A program made the translations under genes and the position numbers. Shown here in pieces: positions 1 to 8,706 of a DNA stretch of 64,000 bases. Location of the stretch: assembly GCA_963675665.1 (NCBI GenBank), contig OY776510.1, positions 1,536,001-1,600,000 of the forward strand. The letters run 5' to 3'. Positions within the stretch are counted from its first letter, which is position 1. Each line of letters starts with the position of its first letter. The DNA is from Spirochaetia bacterium (GTDB lineage: Bacteria > Spirochaetota > Spirochaetia > UBA9216). The notes under the pieces are model-generated. The model worked only from the letters and a program-made list of their open reading frames with translations, searched no databases and was not told the origin of the DNA.

Positions 1-164
1 CTGTTTGCTTCTTTAATTACTGCATTACGATCTGTAGCTCTTGCCTTTTCAAGTTTTGAGTTAGATTTAGAATTCTTTCTACCTTTTATGACGATTACGA
101 CGATAATAATAGCAACAATAGATGCAATAATAGGGATGACTGCATAAGATTCCAATACGAGCAT
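1..164 (-). CDS. Partial gene (5' end only; continues off the left edge): N-terminal TM anchor, probably a spirochaete TPR protein
   Basis: Not in the ORF track. The minus strand from ATG at 164 reads MLVLESYAVIPIIASIVAIIIVVIVIKGRKNSKSNSKLEKARATDRNAVIKEAN with no stop. The TPR call is recalled similarity of the 'DRNAVIKEAN' segment. Confidence 0.7.
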   Translation of the reverse strand, partial: MLVLESYAVIPIIASIVAIIIVVIVIKGRKNSKSNSKLEKARATDRNAVIKEAN

Positions 165-169
165 GGTTC

Positions 170-241
170 ATTATTGTGTTTGCTAAAGTAAATGTCAAGT
201 TGATAAAAATTATTGACAAAATATTTAGCGGGTAATACGTT
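170..241. promoter_or_regulatory. Divergent sigma70 promoters
   Basis: Minus strand: TTGACA (198-193), N17, AATAAT (175-170), 5 nt before the ATG. Plus strand: TTGACA (213-218), N17, TACGTT (236-241). Confidence 0.5.
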
Positions 242-259
242 TAGTATAGAGGTAAAGAA

Positions 260-1588
260 ATGGATAATTCTACAATAGGTATAAAAATAGCAGACGGTAC
301 TTTTTTTCCTGTTATTGAGGAAGACAGCAGGAAGAAAAAAAGGCTCGTCCTAACCACTGTGAATGATGATCAGGGTAGTGTCCAGATAGATCTCTATAAA
401 GGTTCAGGAAAAGAAATAGCGGATGCCTCCTATATCGGAAGTCTCGTTATTGAGGATATTATGCCTGCAATGAAAGGAGAACCGGAGATTGAGCTGATAG
501 TCGGTGTAGATGAAGACGGAAATCTGAACGCTGTGGCCGGAGATGCAGGCTCGGATGATAAACAGAGTTTAAGCGTCAGTCTTGAATCTCTGGGAGAAGA
601 CAGCTTTTCAACTCCGAATTTCGAAATAGATGATAATGCTTTTGATGAATTGTCCGGCGAGGAAACGGCTGAAGAAGATTTCAGTCTGGACGGCCTGGAT
701 GACGATTTCGATGAAGAATCATTAACAGAAGAAGAACTTCCGGAGATGGGTGAAACGGAAGAGGATGAATCAGTTTTTGATGATGTTCCGTCATTTGAAG
801 AAGAACAGGATCTGGGAGATTTGCCGGCACTGGATGAAGAGTCCGGTTTTGATGAAAATATGTCATTTGAGGAAGATTCTTCCTTTGAAGATGAGTTCAG
901 CTTTGATGAGGAATCAGGCTTTGATGAGGAATCAGGCTTTGATGAGGATTCAGGCTTTGATGAGGAATCAGGCTTCGATGAGGAATCAGGCTTCGATGAG
1001 GATTCAGAGTACGATGAGGATTCAGAGTACGACGACGGGGACACAGGCTATGATGACGAGGAGCCGGGATATGCCTCATCAGATCAGAGGGATTATGTTT
1101 CTGCCGGGGCGAAGAAGCGCAGCCCGCTTGCATTGATAGTAATCATTATTCTTGTACTGGCTATTCTCGGTGTTGGGGCCTTCTTTATAATACGCAGTCT
1201 GAACGGCGATACCGTTCCTCCGCTTGAAGCTGAAAAATCTGCTTCAGGAGATGTAGAGATGAGTGTTGAAGCTGAACCCCAGCCTGAGGTTGAGAGTGTT
1301 TCTCCTGCAGAGCCGGAACCTCAGGTGGAGGAGGTGACTCTTGCAGAGCCTGAACCGCCGGCTGTAAGCGAAACTGTCGATACGCCCCGAACCATGTATG
1401 ATCAGGTTCCTCCTGCAGGCCATGGCGGAGGGGTCTGGTATCGCCTGAAGTGGGGCGATACTTTGTGGGATTTGTCCAATTCTTTCTATCGGACACCATG
1501 GCTTTACGGTCTTATTGCAGTTGAAAACAATATTAAAAATCCTGATATTATTTATGCAGGAAGCGATATAATTATTCCTGAAAATTAA
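260..1588 (+). CDS. Membrane protein: Hsp70 substrate-binding-like N-domain, acidic repeat region, one TM helix, Pro/Glu linker, C-terminal LysM
   Basis: TTVNDDQGSVQIDLYKG...IGSLVIEDI.PAMKGEPEIEL resembles the DnaK SBD-beta. FDEESG repeats follow. TM is LALIVIIILVLAILGVGAFFII. LysM is YRLKWGDTLWDLS...NNIKNPDIIYAG. Confidence 0.85.
   Translation: MDNSTIGIKIADGTFFPVIEEDSRKKKRLVLTTVNDDQGSVQIDLYKGSGKEIADASYIGSLVIEDIMPAMKGEPEIELIVGVDEDGNLNAVAGDAGSDDKQSLSVSLESLGEDSFSTPNFEIDDNAFDELSGEETAEEDFSLDGLDDDFDEESLTEEELPEMGETEEDESVFDDVPSFEEEQDLGDLPALDEESGFDENMSFEEDSSFEDEFSFDEESGFDEESGFDEDSGFDEESGFDEESGFDEDSEYDEDSEYDDGDTGYDDEEPGYASSDQRDYVSAGAKKRSPLALIVIIILVLAILGVGAFFIIRSLNGDTVPPLEAEKSASGDVEMSVEAEPQPEVESVSPAEPEPQVEEVTLAEPEPPAVSETVDTPRTMYDQVPPAGHGGGVWYRLKWGDTLWDLSNSFYRTPWLYGLIAVENNIKNPDIIYAGSDIIIPEN
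830..1027 (+). repeat. In-frame 18-bp tandem repeat (TTTGATGAGGAATCAGGC, FDEESG), about 11 units, degenerate at the ends
   Basis: Near-identical units at 902, 920, 938, 956 and 974. Variants at 992 and 1010, and looser units at 830-901. Confidence 0.9.
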
Positions 1589-1610
1589 ATAAAACTGTAT
1601 ACTCAATTCC

Positions 1611-3665
1611 ATGCGTCAGATCAGGTTCCTCTCTGTTGTTTCAACAATAGTGTTATTTTTATTAAGCTGTAGTCCTGAAGAACCGGACAGTATTTCGGTT
1701 GATGATTTTATGGAAATTCTCGAACAATCCATCTCCTCTGATAATTTATCGTCCGACAGGATTTCCGGGCTTGATCCGTATGAATCGTATTTTATTGCGC
1801 GCAAAGCGGAAACCTGCGGTTATCAGGATGTGTCGATTGCCCTGGCAGAGCATTGCATGAAAAACAGTCGCGGTTTTATCGGAGCCAGGGCAGCGGAGCT
1901 TCTGATACGAATTTATACGGATAACGGCGATTATAAGGATGCCGAGTTTACAGCCAGCCTGGCTTCGGCTGAGTATCCGGATAATTATTCGTTTAAAAGA
2001 GCCGTGGTGGAGGCTGAATACCGGCAGCAGGAGGATTCGGCGGTAATTGACGGGATTAACGCATTACGGGTATTCGATGAGGCCGATACCGATTACGAAC
2101 TGGCCCTTTTTAAAGCGGTGGCGGCGTTCAGGCTGGGTTTACCGGACTGGAAGATTTCCTGGATAGAGCTTTTCACGGAAGTCCCGGCATCAGAGTTTAT
2201 TCTACGGGGCTGGGATTATCTGTCTGATAAAATTTATGAACCGACTTCGGAGTTCCCGGGATATGAAAATCTTGTAAAAGGCAAATATCTTTACTCTACC
2301 GGAAAAAAGAGGGAATCGGTTGAATATTTCAGAGCTTATGCGGAGAATATTACTTCGGTAGAGATAACGGAAGCTGTAATCGGCGATATTGAGAATGCTT
2401 TTGTCGGAACAGGACAAACTCTTAGGGGTGCGGTCCTGTTTGATGAAATGGGACGACAGTCCGGCGATTTAAGATGCCTGTTTGCTGCTGCGAGGTTGTA
2501 CCGCCGTTCAGGAAAGTATCCGGAGGCAGAAAAGTGTATGGAAGCAGTACTTGCCGGGTTTAATCAGGGAGAGATCCCGGATAGAGAGCTTTGGTATTCT
2601 CTTGATATCAGGATTCGGCGGAATCTGTCCGATGCTCTTAATGCGCTTGATTTCTATATTGAGCAGTGGACTGAACCGGAATTCTTTTCCGATTCGCTTG
2701 ATAATCTGTGTACCGGTCTGGTTCGAAGACGCAGATGGAATGATGTTGCCCGGCTTGCTGCAGCTTTGGAGCATAACGGGCCTGACGGGGTTTATGATCG
2801 CTGCAGATACATCAGTGAAAGGGCAGCCGAGTCCGGTTATCTGCCGGAACAGGAATTCAGCGCGCCGTACAGTGATCTTTATTATCGCATACTTTCCGGA
2901 GATGAACTGGAGGAGTTCGGTGACCCGGAAGCCGTTATCATTGCTGAATATAAACCGAGGAATGAAGCAGAGCTTTATATTAAAAAGCTTATCGATTATG
3001 AAGTTGGAAACATCCTTGATGAGGTGAAGTTATATCAGAAAAGTCTCTCGGAAGAATTTCTTGTTTATTGTGCCGAGAATATTTCGGGATACGGAAAAGC
3101 TCTTGATTCCATTCGTATTATGTATCAATATCAGGGAGATTATTCCGCCGTCGGTCTTGGTGCTGTATATCCCGATCTTTACAGGCAAGAAATAGAATCG
3201 GCAGCCGAACAGAACGGTATTCCGGTTCAGATAATGTTGGCGCTTGTATGGAAGGAAAGCGGGTTTGAAAGGGAAATTGTGTCGCGCTCGGGCGCAGTAG
3301 GTTTAAGCCAGCTTATGCCGTCCACTGCTGATGATGTAGCCCGCAGGATCGGGACAAGCGTTTCTGATTTATCGGATCCGTATGAAAATCTTTCACTCGG
3401 AAGCTGGTATCTTGCCTGGCTTAAAGGCTATGTTGGAAATACCGCTTCAGCTGTGCTATCCTATAATGGCGGCCCCGGGCGGGTAAAGGGATGGATGAAA
3501 CAGTACGGGGATCTGCCGGACGATCTTTTTTATGAGATAATACCGGTGCCGGAGACGCACCAATACGGTAAAAAGGTACTGACTGCTTCCGTATTATACG
3601 GTTTGTTATATTACGGTATTGAACCGCAACAGACTCTGAAATTATTTTTTACAGAGAATAATTGA
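1611..3665 (+). CDS. Lipoprotein lytic transglycosylase (SLT domain; resembles the spirochaete flagellar-assembly LTase)
   Basis: Lipobox LLSC, helical repeat region, SLT motifs KESGF, GAVGLSQLMPSTA, SYNGGPG and ETHQY. Confidence 0.9.
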   Translation: MRQIRFLSVVSTIVLFLLSCSPEEPDSISVDDFMEILEQSISSDNLSSDRISGLDPYESYFIARKAETCGYQDVSIALAEHCMKNSRGFIGARAAELLIRIYTDNGDYKDAEFTASLASAEYPDNYSFKRAVVEAEYRQQEDSAVIDGINALRVFDEADTDYELALFKAVAAFRLGLPDWKISWIELFTEVPASEFILRGWDYLSDKIYEPTSEFPGYENLVKGKYLYSTGKKRESVEYFRAYAENITSVEITEAVIGDIENAFVGTGQTLRGAVLFDEMGRQSGDLRCLFAAARLYRRSGKYPEAEKCMEAVLAGFNQGEIPDRELWYSLDIRIRRNLSDALNALDFYIEQWTEPEFFSDSLDNLCTGLVRRRRWNDVARLAAALEHNGPDGVYDRCRYISERAAESGYLPEQEFSAPYSDLYYRILSGDELEEFGDPEAVIIAEYKPRNEAELYIKKLIDYEVGNILDEVKLYQKSLSEEFLVYCAENISGYGKALDSIRIMYQYQGDYSAVGLGAVYPDLYRQEIESAAEQNGIPVQIMLALVWKESGFEREIVSRSGAVGLSQLMPSTADDVARRIGTSVSDLSDPYENLSLGSWYLAWLKGYVGNTASAVLSYNGGPGRVKGWMKQYGDLPDDLFYEIIPVPETHQYGKKVLTASVLYGLLYYGIEPQQTLKLFFTENN

Positions 3666-3764
3666 GGGGACTTCTGAAACTGAAGTTTTCCTTAGAAATT
3701 ATACAGGAATGTGCAATCGGATTTTAAAATATATGCTTTCATGGCTACATTTTCGGGAGGAAAT

Positions 3765-4562
3765 ATGACATATCTGCAATCTGTTTTTCTGGGAGTTCTT
3801 CAGGGAATAGCGGAATTCTTGCCTGTATCGAGTTCAGGACACCTTGTAGTTTTCAGAAATTTTATGAATCTGGGTGAAGTGCCGGTACTTTTTGACGTTC
3901 TGCTTCATTTGTCCACTCTTATAGTGGTCATCATTGTGTTCAGAAATACAATATGGGATCTGTTGAAATCACTCGGTCGTTTTCTTGCCCGCAGGGTTGA
4001 GGAAGAAGACAGGGCCAATCTGAGAATTATTCTTGTTATTCTCGGCGCAAGTTTTATTACAGCTGTTCTCGGGTTTTTTATTGAATCTTTAGACGTGGCG
4101 CAAAAACCCAAGTTTGTTTCCCTCCTCTTTCTCGGTACTGCAGCAGTGCTTTTATGTACCCGTTTTATTAAAACAAAAGAAACCGGATATAAGGGCGCCG
4201 GGGTTAAAACTGCCTTGATAACCGGACTTGCGCAGGGCATTGCCGTTTTACCCGGAATATCACGCTCCGGAATGACTATATCCGCATCGCTTTTTGCGGG
4301 TATCGGAAAGGAAAAAGCTGGTGAATATTCATTTATCCTCTCTATTCCGGCTATTGCAGGCGCAATTCTTCTTGAAATGCGTGATCTTGACGTCCTGGGC
4401 AGCACGGTTTCCCCTGCTGTTCTGACAGCCGGAATGGCTGCCGCCTTCATCACAGGAATGGTTTCCATTCTGTTTCTTTTAAGATTGATTAAACGGGAAA
4501 GACTTCATCTTTTCAGTTTTTACCTGATACCGTTCGGGATCTTCTCTTTTATTGTGTTATAA
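3765..4562 (+). CDS. uppP: Undecaprenyl-diphosphate phosphatase
   Basis: GIAEFLPVSSSGHL and PGISRSG motifs. Start moved to ATG 3765 after a GGGAGG RBS. Confidence 0.95.
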   Translation: MTYLQSVFLGVLQGIAEFLPVSSSGHLVVFRNFMNLGEVPVLFDVLLHLSTLIVVIIVFRNTIWDLLKSLGRFLARRVEEEDRANLRIILVILGASFITAVLGFFIESLDVAQKPKFVSLLFLGTAAVLLCTRFIKTKETGYKGAGVKTALITGLAQGIAVLPGISRSGMTISASLFAGIGKEKAGEYSFILSIPAIAGAILLEMRDLDVLGSTVSPAVLTAGMAAAFITGMVSILFLLRLIKRERLHLFSFYLIPFGIFSFIVL

Positions 4563-4640
4563 GTTATGCAAAGCTGCTAAAATCGCCGGGATTTATTCCG
4601 ATAATCAAAGGGAGAACTTATCGCCACTAAGGAGAGTGCT

Positions 4641-7328
4641 TTGAATAAAAGAGCCTTAAGGCTTATCGCTGCTTTGATCATTGCAGCAGCGGGATTGTAT
4701 CTGCTTATAGTTTTACTTAATTCTATGAGACCGGTTTTCCAGACGGGAATATTGTTAATTCCGGGACGGTTTCTTTACCTCAGTTTTCTTGAAGCCTCCT
4801 TCTATCTTCCTTTATTGTTTCTGATCAGCAGTTTTTTGCTGTTTGCCGACTATTATAACAGCAGAATATTTATAGTTAAGCTGCTGTCTCTGCTGCCGTT
4901 TTTTACCCTGTCCCTGTTGATGAGAGTGTTGAATTATATCCCGGGATCTCCGGCTGCTGATTCTGTTATCCGAACTCTCGGAGTAAGAGGCGGTTCCATG
5001 GTTTTAGGGCTTCTTCTGATAGTTGAGTTCCTGATAATAACCAGGGTTTTGCTGGGACGGAGCAAAAAGGTGCCGACTGAACCGGTAAAACCCCGGATTG
5101 AAGAAGCGGCTTCCCCAGTTGCCGAACCGGAAAATGAAGAACCCGAACATAATTTTGAGCCTGTTCCGCTGAAATGGAAAGACTCTGAAGATTTGGAAAA
5201 CATGGGGAAATATGAGTCTGATGCAGAAGAAGATCTTGAAGAAGATATTATCGATGAAGATCTTTCCGGGGATCACATCCCGGAGGTAGAGGAAATCAGC
5301 CTTGAAGAGATTGACTCGCCGGAGTCTGAAGAAGAAGAGGTTGAGGACAATTCCGGGCTTGTTGAGGATGATTTTGAGATTGAACCCGACTTTTCAGACG
5401 AGCAGCAGATAATTGAACCTCTTGATCTTGATCCTGAAGCAGGAAGCATAGAGCACTCAGCTGAAACCGCTTCGGCTGATGCAGTTAGACCTCCGGGAGA
5501 TGAGAATTTCCCGGATGCTCCCGTTCGCGGAGACGAGGAAGAAAATACAAATGCCGCCAGAGAGGTTTGGGCGGATGCAGAGCAATTGGGTTTTGTAGAT
5601 GAATTGCCCGGGAACAGCCGGATTGAACCTGTTTCCGATCCGCAGGCTCTGCCGTCTGATGACTCAACCGATGATTTTAAGCTTGAGCTTGAAACAGGGG
5701 CGGCAAAGCTTGAAGTGCCTGTACTTTCCGTCGAACCGGATTCCGAATCTGTTGATGAGGATTTGGAAGATTTGGAAGATTTGGAAGAGCTGGAAGAAGC
5801 TGATAGTGATCCCGGGGAGGCAGACCCGGACCCTCAATTGGAGCCGGACTCAGTTCCGGCAAAGCCTGAGATTCCTGAACCGGTAAAAAGCAAAAAGAAG
5901 AAATCCGTTAAATATTCAGTTCCGGTTGATAATCTTCTTGAACGATATGATGATGACAACTACTGGATTGTTGATGATGAAACCAGAGAGGCGTCCGAGG
6001 TCCTAAGGGAAACTCTTGAAGAGTTTAAAATAGCTGCTGAAGTAACGGGAATAAGCAAAGGGCCGGTAATTACAATGTTTGAAATTCTTCCGGCGCCGGG
6101 AGTCAAACTTTCAAAGATAGTTAATCTTGCTGACAATATTGCTCTCCGGCTTGCTGCATCACGCGTCCGAATCGTAGCGCCGATTCCCGGAAAGCATGCG
6201 GTCGGAATAGAAGTCCCGAATAAAACCCGGGCAATAGTCTCATTCAAGGAGATACTTGACGAAGACAATCTTAAAAAATCCAGAATGGATATTCCGGTTG
6301 TACTCGGAAAAGATATAACCGGAGGTTCCAGGATAATAGATCTGGTCCAAACCCCGCATCTGCTGATAGCGGGCGCAACCGGATCAGGAAAATCAGTATG
6401 TGTTAATTCTCTTATCTGTTCCGTGCTTTATTCCAGAACTCCCGATGAAGTCAAAATGATTCTGATAGATCCGAAAATTGTTGAACTTAAGATGTATAAT
6501 AATATTCCGCATCTGCTTACGCCCGTGATTACCGAACCAAAACGGGCTTTTCAGGCTTTACAGTATGCCATGTGCGAGATGGAGCGCCGTTATTCGCTGC
6601 TTAATGCGCTTGGTGTGCGCGATATAAAATCTTACAACCGGAAGGTTCGGGACGGAAGGATTGCTACAGATTTACTTCCGTATATAGTAATAATTGTAGA
6701 TGAATTTGCGGACCTGATGGCAACCACAGGCAAGGAACTTGAAAATGTAATCTCAAGACTTGCAGCAATGAGCCGGGCTATAGGTATTCACCTGGTTCTT
6801 GCCACCCAAAGGCCTTCGGTTGATGTAATTACTGGCCTGATAAAAGCAAATATTCCGTCCAGAATTGCATTCATGGTTGCAAGTAAAACAGATTCAAGGA
6901 TTATTCTCGACAGTATGGGTGCGGACAAGCTTCTTGGTAAAGGCGATATGCTCTTCACCTCCGCATGGGATCCTAATCCCGTCAGAATTCAGGGGGCTTT
7001 TCTTTCCGATGACGAAGTTGAGCGGGTTACCGATCATGTTAAAACCCTCGGAGAGCCGGACTATATTGATGACGAGATTTTTATTTCTGAGGATGAAGGC
7101 GGTGATTTTGAACTGGAAAGCATGGGATCCGGCGATCCGCTGATGGATGCAGCTGTTTCAATTGTTGTGGAAGCCGGTAAGGCTTCAGCCTCCTATCTGC
7201 AGCGGCGGCTGAAGATAGGATACAACAGGGCTGCCAGAATGGTTGAAGAAATGGAAGACCGCGGAATTGTAGGCCCTGCAAACGGCAGCAAGCCTCGTGA
7301 AATTATTCATATACCTGATCGAGTTTAA
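4641..7328 (+). CDS. ftsK: DNA translocase FtsK
   Basis: N-terminal TMs, long acidic linker, PHLLIAGATGSGKS, DEFADLM, and gamma domain LQRRLKIGYNRAAR. TTG start after AAGGAG. Confidence 0.97.
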   Translation: MNKRALRLIAALIIAAAGLYLLIVLLNSMRPVFQTGILLIPGRFLYLSFLEASFYLPLLFLISSFLLFADYYNSRIFIVKLLSLLPFFTLSLLMRVLNYIPGSPAADSVIRTLGVRGGSMVLGLLLIVEFLIITRVLLGRSKKVPTEPVKPRIEEAASPVAEPENEEPEHNFEPVPLKWKDSEDLENMGKYESDAEEDLEEDIIDEDLSGDHIPEVEEISLEEIDSPESEEEEVEDNSGLVEDDFEIEPDFSDEQQIIEPLDLDPEAGSIEHSAETASADAVRPPGDENFPDAPVRGDEEENTNAAREVWADAEQLGFVDELPGNSRIEPVSDPQALPSDDSTDDFKLELETGAAKLEVPVLSVEPDSESVDEDLEDLEDLEELEEADSDPGEADPDPQLEPDSVPAKPEIPEPVKSKKKKSVKYSVPVDNLLERYDDDNYWIVDDETREASEVLRETLEEFKIAAEVTGISKGPVITMFEILPAPGVKLSKIVNLADNIALRLAASRVRIVAPIPGKHAVGIEVPNKTRAIVSFKEILDEDNLKKSRMDIPVVLGKDITGGSRIIDLVQTPHLLIAGATGSGKSVCVNSLICSVLYSRTPDEVKMILIDPKIVELKMYNNIPHLLTPVITEPKRAFQALQYAMCEMERRYSLLNALGVRDIKSYNRKVRDGRIATDLLPYIVIIVDEFADLMATTGKELENVISRLAAMSRAIGIHLVLATQRPSVDVITGLIKANIPSRIAFMVASKTDSRIILDSMGADKLLGKGDMLFTSAWDPNPVRIQGAFLSDDEVERVTDHVKTLGEPDYIDDEIFISEDEGGDFELESMGSGDPLMDAAVSIVVEAGKASASYLQRRLKIGYNRAARMVEEMEDRGIVGPANGSKPREIIHIPDRV

Positions 7329-8673
7329 GTTTCTTTAACTGCGCGTTCAGTGCAATTGCCGCGGTTAATGTTGTCAGAATGTCGGCAACAGGATTTGCAG
7401 CCCAGACTCCGATGGCTCCGAACAGCGGACAGATGACAAGCATGACGGGAATAAAATAAATCACCATTCTGCAGGTGACGAAAACAGCCGCCCTTTTGGC
7501 TGCGCCTGTAGCCTGCAGCAGAATCAGCGTGTTAAACATAAAACCGTATAGCGGATACATGCAGAAAAATATTCTCGGAGCATTGTAAATTTCTTTAAGA
7601 ATTAAAGGCTCGGTAATAAACCAGCCTGTAACAAGCCTTGGTGCAAAAATCAGCATTGACCAGAAAAAGAGGGTGAAAACAGTTGCATAAGCAGTAAAGG
7701 TTGCATAGCCCTTAAACAGCCTGATTGTTTTTCCCGCTCCGTAATTTACGCCTATAAAAGGCTGCATGCCCTGGGCTATCCCCCATACCGGGGGCAATAA
7801 AAGGCTGAATATTTTAAAAATTGTTCCAAGGGCTATTACATCGTTCTGGACTGCAAAAAGATCGAGCATCTTGTATGCAGTAACAATTTCAATAATTGCC
7901 ATAAGCGGAAGGGCCAGGGCTGAAAACCCGATTGAAAGGATCTTTTTAATCATCTCGGGATTAATTAGCCTGAAGCTGAGGCTGACATGGACCAGGCTTT
8001 TTTCAGAATGCAGAAATAAAAGGCTTAAAATCATACTGAGGGCCTGTGAAATAACAGTTGCGGCGGCGGCCCCTCTTATCCCCATATTGAAGCCTATTAT
8101 AAGAACAGGATCAAGTACAAGATTCAGAACTGCACCGGCTCCGAGGATTAACATCGCCTGGCGAATCATTCCTTCCGAACGGATAAGCATATTGGAAGAG
8201 GCCGCAAAATTTATAAAAAATGTTCCGGCAACAACAACACGCATATACTGTATGCCGAGATCCAGCATTTCGCCTTCCCCGCCCATGAAAGAAACGAATT
8301 GAGGCGCAAAAACAATTGATACGGCTGTTAACGCGGCGCATATTATCAGGTTGAGCAGTAAAATAGCTGGAAATACACGCCTGAGAATACTGTTGTCTCC
8401 GCTTCCGATGCTGCGGGAAACAATTGAAGCTGCGCCGGTTCCTATAAGCCCGGAAATACCGTTGTTCAGGAGAGAAAAGGGGTATACAAGACCTACAGCA
8501 CCCATTCCCTCGGGGCCTACAAACTGGCCGACGAAAACTCCGTCTACAAACTGGTAAAAGCCGAAGACCAGCATTCCAATGATGCCCGGAACCGAAAGTT
8601 TAAAGAATAAAACTGACGGTTTTTCATTAAGCAGCTTTTCCTGCCGGTCGGTAAATGTATCCACTCTGTTCAA
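7303..8673 (-). CDS. MATE-family efflux transporter
   Basis: VDGVFVGQFVG, NLVLDPVLI.GF.MGIRGAA.AT and GMQPFIG.NYGA motifs; about 12 TMs. Confidence 0.92.
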   Translation of the reverse strand: MNRVDTFTDRQEKLLNEKPSVLFFKLSVPGIIGMLVFGFYQFVDGVFVGQFVGPEGMGAVGLVYPFSLLNNGISGLIGTGAASIVSRSIGSGDNSILRRVFPAILLLNLIICAALTAVSIVFAPQFVSFMGGEGEMLDLGIQYMRVVVAGTFFINFAASSNMLIRSEGMIRQAMLILGAGAVLNLVLDPVLIIGFNMGIRGAAAATVISQALSMILSLLFLHSEKSLVHVSLSFRLINPEMIKKILSIGFSALALPLMAIIEIVTAYKMLDLFAVQNDVIALGTIFKIFSLLLPPVWGIAQGMQPFIGVNYGAGKTIRLFKGYATFTAYATVFTLFFWSMLIFAPRLVTGWFITEPLILKEIYNAPRIFFCMYPLYGFMFNTLILLQATGAAKRAAVFVTCRMVIYFIPVMLVICPLFGAIGVWAANPVADILTTLTAAIALNAQLKKLKLDQVYE

Positions 8674-8706
8674 TCTACAAATATTTCATGTTTCACGCAA
8701 GTATAA

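Noticed and set aside
902-1027. 18-bp repeats as a CRISPR array
   Set aside because: Units are contiguous with no spacers, lie in frame in a CDS, and there are no cas genes.
430-1136. Ser-rich and other alternative-frame ORFs over the repeat
   Set aside because: Shadows of the stop-poor repeat inside the real gene at 260-1588.
5760-5795. 9-bp GATTTGGAA repeats in the acidic FtsK linker
   Set aside because: FtsK linkers are commonly low-complexity and variable; only 3-4 units.
7303-7328. Convergent 3' overlaps (ftsK/MATE; also MFS/MMPL 11116-11174 and cobC/araB)
   Set aside because: Short tail-to-tail overlaps are common, and nothing indicates antisense regulation.
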